Below are positions 17,175 to 26,741 of a stretch of DNA of 64,000 nt, piece by piece. Both the position numbers and the translations under genes were made by a program. A model generated the notes under the pieces. It was given only the letters and a program-made list of their open reading frames with translations. It was not told where the DNA came from and did no database searches. The DNA is from a virus: positions 3,996 through 67,995 of IMG/VR virus record IMGVR_UViG_3300043449_001484; one strand, written 5' to 3'. Numbering within the stretch: the first letter of the stretch is position 1; every line of letters begins with the position of its first letter.

Positions 17175-20100
17175 ACCCTCCACCTGCGGGTTGTGGGCCC
17201 ACAGATTGCGGTCCACCCCCACCAAGATTTAGCCCGGGGATACCTTTCGTAGGAACCGTAGTTGGCTGACGACGAGGTGTGACGCTCCGCTGAACCGGTG
17301 GCGCTTGAACCGTGGGCTCTGGAGCGGGTTCTTCAAAACGCTCGTAATTTAGCCCGGCAGCGGTCAAATACGCGTGCATTTGACGAGCCAAACGCAGTTG
17401 TTCGCCTTCTGTGACGCCTTTGCGCAAGAGCAAGGCCATCATCTGCGGGTCTTTGGTGGCCTCCTCAATGATGCCGCGAACCAAAAGCATCGGGGATTTG
17501 TCAAAAATTTGACGCATGTACTTCGAGCCTGCAGATGCTGCAATTAGGGATCCCGGGCCGCTGCCAGAAACACCCGTGCCGATACGGGAACCAACCACCC
17601 GCAATGCTAGTTCAGTAGCCGCATCCGCACCTTGTACTACACCCTCCAACAATCGACGGTCATCCATGGATTGTTCTACCCGTTTCATCGGGTTAATAAT
17701 GCGTTTAAGGTTTTTCCCTTCAGAAAGGGACATTACGCCTTGGGAACGAAGGAGGTTGTAAATAGAGGGTTGATCTTTTGCAAGTGGCTTAAAGAAAGCA
17801 TCCTCAAAAGCCTGAGCACTAAAGCCCTTGTCTCCACCTGCCTTAGTGAAGGCATAATCGTAAAGGCTAGACTTTAACCCTGCTACTGCATCTGGCCCGC
17901 CCGCTTTGGCGAGCTTTGTGATGTTGCTGAGACTCTTAATGGGAAAGCGGCTGTTTAAGGCGTCCGCTACCGCCATCGTCGGCGACTCAAACTTTAATAT
18001 TTGTGCAAATGCCGTCTGATTGCGCAGATTCTTTTGCATGACGCTGTTGCCAGATAGTGTGGCTTTCAGTGCGTTTTCTGCTTTCACAACGCTAGATAAA
18101 TCGTCCGTAATCTGCAGTTTATCTAACAGCGGTTTTTGCTTTTCTACGAAACGTGTGAGACGAGAAACGCTCACCCGTCCAGTGTTGGGGTCGATTGTCT
18201 CAGCTGCTGCAAGGCGAAGAATGCGTTCTTGTGCGTCACGGATAGATACAACACGACCTTCAGATAAGTCAGCTAAGGGCTTCAAGGATTGGGCTTGAGC
18301 ACTGTCACGACCAAATTTATTAACCGCATCATCATACTGACGACGCAACATGCCTACAGCATCTTCAATATCCGCCATACGCATGGCAGTAAGGTCATTA
18401 TTAGCACCAAAGGCACGTTGCACTAGCACCTCTGGAGGCAAAGCCGGTGCTCCAGTTGCCTTCTTCGCGAGCATTTCACCTGCAAAGCTACGGGTAAAAT
18501 AATCGTTCAAAACACGAGAAAAATCACGAGCCTCGTTTAACTTTGAAGACTGTACTTTTGATAAGTCTTGCAACATGCCATCGGCTAATGAACCATAGAA
18601 CCGTGTTTCGCTGTTCTCTCCTCTAACAGAAGCTTGACGCGATAAGTCTAAAAGATTGGAGCGAAGATTAACTAGATCAGGGAGTTCCGTTTCTTTTATT
18701 TTTGGCAAAAAAGAACTAGGGATCTTACCCGTTTCAGCAAACTCTGTTGTGTATTTCCCTTGCCGATACAGTGCAATAGCCTTGTCATCGATGCCTATAC
18801 GAGACATAACGTCTTTAACAATCTTTGGCACTGTATCTTTATAGATGACTGGGTCAAGTTGAATCACTTCATCCAAAAACTTTTGTCCCGTATTAGTAGG
18901 AGCAACAACAGGATACTTAACACGTGTGACTTCTTTTGTGGTGGTTAAAGGCTTACCACCCGGTCCCAATATTTTACTTGGCACACGTTCAGTAGATGTC
19001 ACAACAGAAGGGGTGCTGAGGCTATTTATAGCGTTGTCCCAAAGAAAACGCTCATGTTTACGGGCATCCGACAGTGATTCATAAGTCGCATCGCGAACGA
19101 TCTCCCCAATCTGCTGACGCGCTTCAGGAGTGTCTTTGCTAATGTTACGAATCTTTTGTGCTGCATTGGCCAAGGCAATGCCTTGACGATTGTCGAGCAT
19201 GGCACTAAACGCCTCTTGCCGCAATTGTGCAGCGGCACGAAGTGCCTGAGGCGTTCCTATGTCACTCAAGTTTTTAGCAAGAAGTTCATAAGCAGTTAGC
19301 GTCGTTTTGGCTTGTTCTGCAATCTCGCCGCCATATTTGGCATTACCTGTTGCAAGCGTGTTTTCAAGAACACTTAAAGCACGTGAGCCGGTCTTTTGTG
19401 CTGCAGTAGGTTGTGCTCCTCTGGGTAAGTTTGCCTCTAGCGCACGAATAACCTTATCAATATCTTCTCCAGAATCCTGCAAAATAGAATAGAGCTTATT
19501 TGCAGCACGTGCTTCTTTTGCGTCCTTAGAAAAGGCAGACATAACATTTCCTGCCAATGCTTTGGCAGAACCAAGGTGTATGAATAGCCTTGAAGGCGCA
19601 AGCACGCCTCCAGTAACTTCTGCTAAAAGCCTTGTGCCGGGTTCCCCGGGCGCAGTCTGTTCTGCAACTCCTGCACCAGCACCGGCACCCGCCCCAGAAA
19701 CGACCTCTGCGGTCAGGAAGGATTTTGGATATTGCTGGGCTGTTCTGCCCATTCCTGCTAATACGTCAGTAAAAAAGCGTGAAGCACGTGCAGCCCCCTC
19801 CATGCCAAATTTTGCGGCAACGGGAATAGATAAACGAATAGCTTGAGATAAACGCTCTGCTTGTGGAACAGGGATGTTAAATGCAATAGGAGCCAACGCA
19901 ATCGTATCGCCCCATGTCTTACCGCCTTCACGATAAGGTACTAAATCCTGACGCGAAACACCGGGATATTTAATATCAAAGTTGTCCCCTAATAGGCTAC
20001 CCACGCCTATTCCCACCATAGTGCCACCTGCAACCCCTAAAGGCGCATAAGAACCCATATAGGGAGCTGCTGCCATACCTGCACGAAAACCAACTATTCC

Positions 20101-20370
20101 ACCTGTTGTTGCAGGAGCAGTACGCGTCATTCCCTCAAGCAGGCCATAGCCTACTTCAGTCGCCTTTTCTCCAACAGTAGGTTCTCCAGCTCCGGAAATA
20201 GTTTCCAAAGTTTCAGGTAGTCCCGTAATGGGATTGATCGCGCCTTGCACACCCCCTGTAGACGCAGGAGCTACACCTGTTGGAGGTGCACCACTCAATA
20301 GTTCGGATGCGCGACCCGCCCCGCCGGGGGCAGACAAAGCTTCTAACTGTCTTTGGATATCATCAGCCAT
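17122..20370 (-). CDS. Large internal virion/DNA ejection protein
   Basis: 1082 aa, helical and Ala/Gly-rich with hydrophobic segments; last gene of the virion operon. Confidence 0.65.
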   Translation of the reverse strand: MADDIQRQLEALSAPGGAGRASELLSGAPPTGVAPASTGGVQGAINPITGLPETLETISGAGEPTVGEKATEVGYGLLEGMTRTAPATTGGIVGFRAGMAAAPYMGSYAPLGVAGGTMVGIGVGSLLGDNFDIKYPGVSRQDLVPYREGGKTWGDTIALAPIAFNIPVPQAERLSQAIRLSIPVAAKFGMEGAARASRFFTDVLAGMGRTAQQYPKSFLTAEVVSGAGAGAGAGVAEQTAPGEPGTRLLAEVTGGVLAPSRLFIHLGSAKALAGNVMSAFSKDAKEARAANKLYSILQDSGEDIDKVIRALEANLPRGAQPTAAQKTGSRALSVLENTLATGNAKYGGEIAEQAKTTLTAYELLAKNLSDIGTPQALRAAAQLRQEAFSAMLDNRQGIALANAAQKIRNISKDTPEARQQIGEIVRDATYESLSDARKHERFLWDNAINSLSTPSVVTSTERVPSKILGPGGKPLTTTKEVTRVKYPVVAPTNTGQKFLDEVIQLDPVIYKDTVPKIVKDVMSRIGIDDKAIALYRQGKYTTEFAETGKIPSSFLPKIKETELPDLVNLRSNLLDLSRQASVRGENSETRFYGSLADGMLQDLSKVQSSKLNEARDFSRVLNDYFTRSFAGEMLAKKATGAPALPPEVLVQRAFGANNDLTAMRMADIEDAVGMLRRQYDDAVNKFGRDSAQAQSLKPLADLSEGRVVSIRDAQERILRLAAAETIDPNTGRVSVSRLTRFVEKQKPLLDKLQITDDLSSVVKAENALKATLSGNSVMQKNLRNQTAFAQILKFESPTMAVADALNSRFPIKSLSNITKLAKAGGPDAVAGLKSSLYDYAFTKAGGDKGFSAQAFEDAFFKPLAKDQPSIYNLLRSQGVMSLSEGKNLKRIINPMKRVEQSMDDRRLLEGVVQGADAATELALRVVGSRIGTGVSGSGPGSLIAASAGSKYMRQIFDKSPMLLVRGIIEEATKDPQMMALLLRKGVTEGEQLRLARQMHAYLTAAGLNYERFEEPAPEPTVQAPPVQRSVTPRRQPTTVPTKGIPGLNLGGGGPQSVGPQPAGGGSSREMLKRLFPFDTTIQ

Positions 20371-22337
20371 TATTGCCTCACGCGCAGGTCAGAACCGTTC
20401 CACAAGAACGGCGTACCGGGAGCTAGTTTTTGTACTTCTTTAATCGTATAAATGCGAACAGGGATACCGAGTTTAGGCCTGAAGTTCTCAATTAAGGTTT
20501 TAATTCGTGCATGTTCTTTACGCTGATCAACAGGAATATTCGCGTTCGTGGAATTACGTTCGGAATCACGCATGCGACCTAGTAAGAAATTATCAATACC
20601 GATTAATTTGTTACGCAATTTCTCCGGATCATCAAAGAAACGTGGTTCGACATTTAGCTCGTTTTCGATAGCTTTACGTTCAGTTTGCGCATATACAGGA
20701 CTATTTTGCAAACTCTTCACGAGTTCACGGAAGTCTCCTAAGTAACGTGCGCGTGCCTGTGTAACATCTTTGCCTACGCCGCCAAGGCCGGGAATGCTAG
20801 ATATCACATCTTTTGCTGTAGGGATCGGGCCGGTTAGAACAGGAGTCAACTCCCATAACGTCGGTTGCCTTTTTGCCGATGGAGCTGGCGTAACAGGTTC
20901 TTGATCCGTGGTCACTGCATCGGTAGTAGGAACTGCACTTGTGCTGACCGGTGCTGCAGCAGGCGCAGCAGTCGGTGCTTCAGCAGGTGCAGCACCTTTC
21001 TTACTACCTTTAACAGGCGGCGTGGGAATATTCTTGCGAAGGGCCAGTGAATTGGAGACGAAGTCTGGAATTGGTGGATCACGACGTACTACGTTACCAG
21101 TGAATGGATCCGTGTAATAAGTCGGCTCACTAATGATCGCATACGAGCTCTCAAAGCGGCGATCCATTTCAGGGGGGAGTGCCCCTGCACCATATTCAGG
21201 TGCAAACTTAGTGACGAAGTTCCATGCAGTGCCTTTGACACCAGACCCAAATCCACCGCTACGTGCGGCTGCTTTGACGATGTCAGCCGACGCTTTGCGC
21301 TGTGATTCCAACAGTTTGTAGTTGTACTCGCGGATGACTGCAATATCTTTCTCACCCGCTTGCAGTGCCATCGCTTTTAGTTCACGCTCTGCTTTGGACA
21401 ACTCTCCTGCGCGTGCACCAATCATTGCAGGCACGTTTTTCATGCCCGCAGCAAAACGACCCACAGGCGATACTCCGCCACGAATCGGACGGCCTTCGGC
21501 ATCTACGCCTGCCGCCACATTCAAGGCACCCGAAGCAATGTCAAACAGCATTTGCGCCTGTGTCATCTGCTTATCAGGTCCCAACAGGCGCTGATACATT
21601 GGCAGACGACTGGCCATCGCCTGCTCCAATGAAGGAGAGCGTTGAGGCCTCTCCGACATCAAATTAGCCAAATCCTGCTGGGCTTTTGCAACCAAATCTG
21701 GAGGGTAGAAGGCACCTTGGCCCCCTGCGTCTACTAGGGTCACGCCCTCCTCATCGGACCCCTGTTGAAAATGTTGAACAATGCCCCCGTTTTTCATTGA
21801 AATAGGGGCTTGTTGTTCAGCGGCAGCAGGTAGTGATCCAATCCCCCCGGGAGGCGGGGCCTCGGGCATGGGCATCGGAGGCGCGGTCTGTGGCCCTTGG
21901 GCCATGGCTGCTAAATCGGCTATCCCGCCTGCAGGAGCTGCCATCGGGCCTTGTGGAGCAGGACCTGCCATTTGTGCTGGGGGTTGCGCCATTGTGGCTT
22001 GTTGGGCCAAAACGGGCTGCAAAAGCGCCAAAACTTCTGTAGGCGTCTCTGCTGCCGCGCGGTAGCCCACCAAGTCGGCAAGTTCTTCCACGCGCGCGTC
22101 TACGGAGCGCATGTCGCCTCGCAGGTTGTTCATCAGGATTTCGGGCGAATCAGGACGACGGTCCATCATCTTGCCCATCTCCATCTCGTCGTCTTCGCCC
22201 TCATCTTCCATGTCGTCCATCGTATCGACTTGGTCCATGAAGCCTTGCATGATGCCGACGTTGTCCGCTTCTTCCGGAGGAATAGGCGGTCCTTTCTTTT
22301 TGAACAACGGCCTATCAAGTACCTTGGATTTCATCAT
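20370..22337 (-). CDS. Internal virion/ejection protein
   Basis: VLDRPLF N-terminus; MKNGG motif; position among ejection genes. Confidence 0.6.
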   Translation of the reverse strand: MMKSKVLDRPLFKKKGPPIPPEEADNVGIMQGFMDQVDTMDDMEDEGEDDEMEMGKMMDRRPDSPEILMNNLRGDMRSVDARVEELADLVGYRAAAETPTEVLALLQPVLAQQATMAQPPAQMAGPAPQGPMAAPAGGIADLAAMAQGPQTAPPMPMPEAPPPGGIGSLPAAAEQQAPISMKNGGIVQHFQQGSDEEGVTLVDAGGQGAFYPPDLVAKAQQDLANLMSERPQRSPSLEQAMASRLPMYQRLLGPDKQMTQAQMLFDIASGALNVAAGVDAEGRPIRGGVSPVGRFAAGMKNVPAMIGARAGELSKAERELKAMALQAGEKDIAVIREYNYKLLESQRKASADIVKAAARSGGFGSGVKGTAWNFVTKFAPEYGAGALPPEMDRRFESSYAIISEPTYYTDPFTGNVVRRDPPIPDFVSNSLALRKNIPTPPVKGSKKGAAPAEAPTAAPAAAPVSTSAVPTTDAVTTDQEPVTPAPSAKRQPTLWELTPVLTGPIPTAKDVISSIPGLGGVGKDVTQARARYLGDFRELVKSLQNSPVYAQTERKAIENELNVEPRFFDDPEKLRNKLIGIDNFLLGRMRDSERNSTNANIPVDQRKEHARIKTLIENFRPKLGIPVRIYTIKEVQKLAPGTPFLWNGSDLRVRQ

Positions 22338-22342
22338 TCCTC

Positions 22343-23575
22343 CTAAAACAAGCCTGCTTTCTTAGCACCCGCAGCAGCGGTTACGCCTGCAATACCCGTA
22401 GATAAGGCAGAGGTTAACGGACTAGGCGTAGGTGCAGTTGTTGAAGTAATTGCGGTCTGTGAACCCGGGGTCTTGGACAAAATATCCGACTGGAACGACA
22501 ACAGTTGGAACGGCATCATCCTCTCCTGCATTGCTGATGCGCGTTGTGCATCCAGACGTGCTTGCTGCAATGCCTGCTCTTGTGCGCCGATCTGTGAGAG
22601 CAACGCAACGTCTGCCTGACCCATCTGCTGACCTGCCTGACCCAACTGCGCTTGCTGCATACCCATTTGACCCAGTTGCTGACCCGCTGCACCCAACGCG
22701 GCACCTTGTTGTAGACCAAACTGACCTTGCGTCTGTGCAAGATTGCCAATACCTTGGCCCAGTTGACCGTAAATGTTTGCCTGACCGCCAAGAATATTTG
22801 CCTGCTGAGAAGCAATTTGTGCAGGTAAGAGACTCATTTGTCCCAGTGCCTGACCACCTGCCAATTGACGTTGTTGTTGTGCTTCAAAGCCCTGTTGCGC
22901 AGCTTGCTGTGCCTGCAAGTAGTTTTGTGAGTAATCTTGCAAAATACGCTGGCCCATCACGTCCATCAGCCCACGTGCGGATTCTGCTCGCTGCACGCCT
23001 TCACGCGTACCGCCAAATGCACCAGAACGAACGGCTTGCGCTGCTTGTCCTTGCGAGGCAATGTCCGCCTGACGCTGCATCTCGCGAAGAGCGTTCGCAG
23101 TGACTTGCTGCTGGTAGGGATTCATGTACGCCAACGCTTGCGAAGGATCGTATCCGGCGGTGGCTCCCGGAATCATGGCAGCACCATATTGTGCCATTGG
23201 AAGACCTTGTCCCGCAGTTCCAGCTAACGCGCCAATATCGCCCGCAACCCCCGCACCTGCTTGATACGCGCCATAAGCTGCTTGCAATTGAGGTTGGATA
23301 TTTAACGCACCAATGCCGCGCGCAGCCTCTTGAGTAAGCTGCTGACCGGCGGTCACACCTCTACCGGCCTCGGTCAAAAACGGCTGATAAGCCCCTACGC
23401 CTTTTTCAGCAAGTTGTGCAGCCTGCAGCTGACCTGCGCCAAGTCCTGCAATCTCGTAAGCAGGAAGCGCAAGAGGTTTTCCAACCTGTTCTTCCGCCGT
23501 TTTTAGAAGCCGTAATCGGGCCTCTTCAATCTTCGGCGCTTCCTGTATGGTTTGTACTTGATATTCAGTTGCCAT
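22343..23575 (-). CDS. DNA pilot/ejection protein (Gln/Gly/Ala-rich)
   Basis: YMNPYQQQV and GAFGGTR motifs; C-terminal Gly/Ala helix. Confidence 0.7.
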   Translation of the reverse strand: MATEYQVQTIQEAPKIEEARLRLLKTAEEQVGKPLALPAYEIAGLGAGQLQAAQLAEKGVGAYQPFLTEAGRGVTAGQQLTQEAARGIGALNIQPQLQAAYGAYQAGAGVAGDIGALAGTAGQGLPMAQYGAAMIPGATAGYDPSQALAYMNPYQQQVTANALREMQRQADIASQGQAAQAVRSGAFGGTREGVQRAESARGLMDVMGQRILQDYSQNYLQAQQAAQQGFEAQQQRQLAGGQALGQMSLLPAQIASQQANILGGQANIYGQLGQGIGNLAQTQGQFGLQQGAALGAAGQQLGQMGMQQAQLGQAGQQMGQADVALLSQIGAQEQALQQARLDAQRASAMQERMMPFQLLSFQSDILSKTPGSQTAITSTTAPTPSPLTSALSTGIAGVTAAAGAKKAGLF

Positions 23576-23578
23576 GAC

Positions 23579-25603
23579 TTATGCCCTCTTTTCCAAGGCT
23601 TTCATTAACGCGTACATGCGTTTTGCGCCCTTGCGCCGTGATCCTTTGCCCATGGCGCGAACTGCTTTGGCGGTGAATACAAACTCGCCATCCGAGAGCA
23701 TGGCAGGGATGGAATCGGATGTGCCTGTGCCGGGGCCATCAATCGGCCCTGTTTTACGCGGATAATGTTGCGTGCCTTGTGCTAAGGAAGCAATGCCCCC
23801 TTCTGCCATACCCACGCGATAGGGTCGCCCGGTAGACGCCGAAACCAAATGAACCTTTGGCGTTATGAGGTAAGGATTACGTGCAAATAATTCGGCACCG
23901 CTGACCGGGATTTCAGGCTTTGGCGGAGGAGGCACGTCAAACGCCCCGCCCAGATAGGCCGCACCGAGACCTACTCCAGCAATTGGGCCGTAGGTTGCCA
24001 GCGTACCGGGCAGCGCCGCATCATAGGCGCGTTGAGCCGCAGCATTGGCAAAGGCTTCACTTTTTCCTGCCGCAATGGCCCTGTCATAGGCAACACTGGC
24101 AGCTTGCGATGCACTCTCTTCCCCTGCTTTTTGTATGCCGCTGGGCGAAAGATATTGATTGTAGATATCCTTCGCGCCCTGCATGCCTTGAGTTGCCGCC
24201 TCACCAAACTTACCTTGTCTGACAAGGCTCATGATGCCTTCAGAAGGGGCAGCAGCCGGTGCCGCAGCAACGGCTCCGCCCGGTGCAGTGGCAGAAGGGG
24301 CTAACTGGTAATCTCCAATGGTCCTTACAGGGGGGACATTAGCGCCCGTCGCTATTGGAGAAGGAGCGTTGCCCACACGAGCCTGCAAGTCAGCACCCGT
24401 CATGCTGTTCGCTCTAAAGCGCATGGCGTCATCTGCGGCACCTACGGCCTGCTCACCGGGAGAAACATTCGTGTAACCGCTTCCTTGTGGTAATCGTGGT
24501 CCGCCCGCTGCAGCAATATCGTCCCCCTGAGCCATAAGGGCCTGTGCAGCCTCGTCACTCATGCCCGCTGTTGCTTGTCCTGCTCCGGGTAAATTAACTC
24601 CGGTCTTTTCTGCTAAACCTTGTGCAAAACTGCGCCACTGCCCGGATACGGTCGTCGGTCCTGTATAAGACCCAGACTGCAATGCTCCTGCGCCGCCAGA
24701 GATGCCCGACACCGCGCCCGCCGTCAAACCGCCGATTGCTCCAGTCTTCAGGGAATCTTTAAAGCTGCCGCCAGCGAGCAGAGTTGAACCGGCACCACCA
24801 ACAAAGCCACTGATCGCCGCCACACCCGCTGCCGAGCTCACGCCCAACATACTAGCCGCTGCCGGGCCCAGCAAGAAACCCAGCGCAACCGAGGTAACGA
24901 TGCGCCCAACGGTGCTTTTAGCAAAACTGCGGATCGCGCTGCCGATGCCTTTGACCACACTCTTGACCGCGTTGCCCACAGACTTGAAGGCGCTGCCGAT
25001 GGCACTAAACAAATTCCAAAACTCAGGCAAACCGGTTGCCGGGTTGATGCTCCCAGAGCCGCCAGAGCGGCGCAGCATCATCGCCTCCTGTGGCGTGATA
25101 TGAGCCAACATGGAGTCGCCATAGCGGCCCAGACTTGCCAGACCACCTGCAATCGGGTTCATGACCATGCCGCCGCCCGCAAAGCCCTGAGCCGTGGGCC
25201 CTGAGACTTGGTCCAAGGCCATATCCATCGCGGCAAAGAACTCGGGGTCAAACTGGGGTGGCAGGAGCTCCTCAGGGACGCCCTCTGCCAAGAACTGGGC
25301 CCGCAGCTGCCCATAGTTGCCCGGATCGCGCAGAAGCATGTCGATCATCTGCTGAAGCAGATCGACTAGTTCAGGAGGAAGCTGCATGCTACGCAGCATG
25401 CCGCGCAGTTGCATAACCGTCTGTGGATCAACCTGTTCCGCAGCATTTAGCATCTCATTGCTAAATTCCTTTTTCGGAACAGATTGACGAATCTGCTCAA
25501 ACACCGCCTCGTCTTCAGGGGTGAGATAACTCTGAGGAGGTTGCTCCATGCCGCCCATTTCCGGCGGCAGAGTCATGATGCCTCCCTGCATCGCGTCAGC
25601 CAT
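23579..25603 (-). CDS. Internal virion protein
   Basis: GRYGDSMLAHITP...GSGSINPATGLPEF and C-terminal GPGTGTSDSIPAMLSDGEFV motifs; hydrophobic helices; start at MADAM. Confidence 0.7.
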   Translation of the reverse strand: MADAMQGGIMTLPPEMGGMEQPPQSYLTPEDEAVFEQIRQSVPKKEFSNEMLNAAEQVDPQTVMQLRGMLRSMQLPPELVDLLQQMIDMLLRDPGNYGQLRAQFLAEGVPEELLPPQFDPEFFAAMDMALDQVSGPTAQGFAGGGMVMNPIAGGLASLGRYGDSMLAHITPQEAMMLRRSGGSGSINPATGLPEFWNLFSAIGSAFKSVGNAVKSVVKGIGSAIRSFAKSTVGRIVTSVALGFLLGPAAASMLGVSSAAGVAAISGFVGGAGSTLLAGGSFKDSLKTGAIGGLTAGAVSGISGGAGALQSGSYTGPTTVSGQWRSFAQGLAEKTGVNLPGAGQATAGMSDEAAQALMAQGDDIAAAGGPRLPQGSGYTNVSPGEQAVGAADDAMRFRANSMTGADLQARVGNAPSPIATGANVPPVRTIGDYQLAPSATAPGGAVAAAPAAAPSEGIMSLVRQGKFGEAATQGMQGAKDIYNQYLSPSGIQKAGEESASQAASVAYDRAIAAGKSEAFANAAAQRAYDAALPGTLATYGPIAGVGLGAAYLGGAFDVPPPPKPEIPVSGAELFARNPYLITPKVHLVSASTGRPYRVGMAEGGIASLAQGTQHYPRKTGPIDGPGTGTSDSIPAMLSDGEFVFTAKAVRAMGKGSRRKGAKRMYALMKALEKRA

Positions 25604-25604
25604 G

Positions 25605-25675
25605 ATTTTCCTTTCCAAGATAGCAATAGGCCTTCAGGCGAGGCCGCGCGCCGGGAAAGGACGCGAAATTGCTGG
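25605..25675 (-). ncRNA. Candidate structured 5' leader (three-way junction with pseudoknot onto the RBS)
   Basis: AGCAAU/AUUGCU closing stem, two internal hairpins, loop UCCUUUCC complementary to the RBS GGAAAGGA. Confidence 0.55.
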
Positions 25676-25693
25676 TAATTATGTGGTAAATCA

Positions 25694-26026
25694 TCAGTTC
25701 CTGTCCATCTCTAGATAGCTCAAGTAAAAGTGAACTGTGGACACAGATGATTCAATTTTGAGCACATCCGTGGCCTCCAGCACCAAAGGCACCCCGGAGA
25801 AGACGTCCATCGTGGCATTCGTCGGCAAGCTGTAGCCCTTCAAGACAAAGTATTCCGTTGCCCCGCCCAAGGCATAAACCGATACCGTAATCGTCGCATT
25901 GCTGGCGTTTGCATTCGTAATCCGAAGTGACGACACTACCGCCGAGTTGGCGTCCGGCACCGTGTAGAGGTCCGTTTCCGTAGTGGCACTCGGAATCGCG
26001 TATTTCCTGAAGTATTTATTTGCCAT
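25694..26026 (-). CDS. Small virion (tail-associated) protein
   Basis: Beta-rich conserved type (LYTVP...PLVLEATDVLK...SYLE); start at MANKY. Confidence 0.65.
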   Translation of the reverse strand: MANKYFRKYAIPSATTETDLYTVPDANSAVVSSLRITNANASNATITVSVYALGGATEYFVLKGYSLPTNATMDVFSGVPLVLEATDVLKIESSVSTVHFYLSYLEMDRN

Positions 26027-26030
26027 ATCG

Positions 26031-26741
26031 CTACACCGACACAAAGTTAACTGTTAAAAGCACCGACGGAATCTCCGGACGTGTCGGGCTGGTTCCCGCA
26101 GGATAGTGCTCTAAGTACACATCAAGGCTATCGGACCACCATGCAAGCTCCAGATAGTTATTGATGGGGTCGTTTACCGTAAAAATCCCGGAAACCGCAG
26201 GCACCACATGCGCCCATATCGTCGAACTCTTCCGCACAGGAATGTCAAAGCGCGTATTACTCAACGCAATATTTGCTCCGGTGTCCTTGGCCCATATTTC
26301 AAACTCCGCTGCCGTGTTGCCTTGGTTAGTAACCTGCAAAGAAAACGTCACCAAATAATTTCCAGCGCAAGGCACGTAAATCTTCGTGTTATCAACGACA
26401 CGAATCCCGTTGCTCACTGCCGGGGCATCGTAACTAATGATGTTCTCGCCTGTGATACTCGCATTAGACTGATCATCATTGGAATTGATCATCGCAAATG
26501 GCAGCGAAATGCCATTCGATAACTGGAATCCCCGGATGCCTCCTGCAAAACCGCCACCCGCGCCACCCGTTCCACCAAACCAACTTTGTGCCGAAGCAAT
26601 ATTCTCATCTGTCGTAGACGTGTATGTGGCGTTTAACTGCAAAATAACCTGTTCCAAAGAACGAACAAGCTGGTTGAACTGCTCCGGACTGTAGTTCGTC
26701 GCAATTGCATTCGGCAGACGGACATTATTGATCTTACTCAT
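26031..26741 (-). CDS. Tail-associated protein (needle/fibre-like)
   Basis: N-terminal helix followed by a beta-rich domain; follows the nozzle gene. Confidence 0.55.
   Translation of the reverse strand: MSKINNVRLPNAIATNYSPEQFNQLVRSLEQVILQLNATYTSTTDENIASAQSWFGGTGGAGGGFAGGIRGFQLSNGISLPFAMINSNDDQSNASITGENIISYDAPAVSNGIRVVDNTKIYVPCAGNYLVTFSLQVTNQGNTAAEFEIWAKDTGANIALSNTRFDIPVRKSSTIWAHVVPAVSGIFTVNDPINNYLELAWWSDSLDVYLEHYPAGTSPTRPEIPSVLLTVNFVSV

Noticed and set aside
23579-23780. Tape measure protein call from the GPGTGTSDSIPAMLSDGEFV motif
   Set aside because: The motif also occurs in ejection proteins; no tail tube or siphovirus tail genes are recognisable
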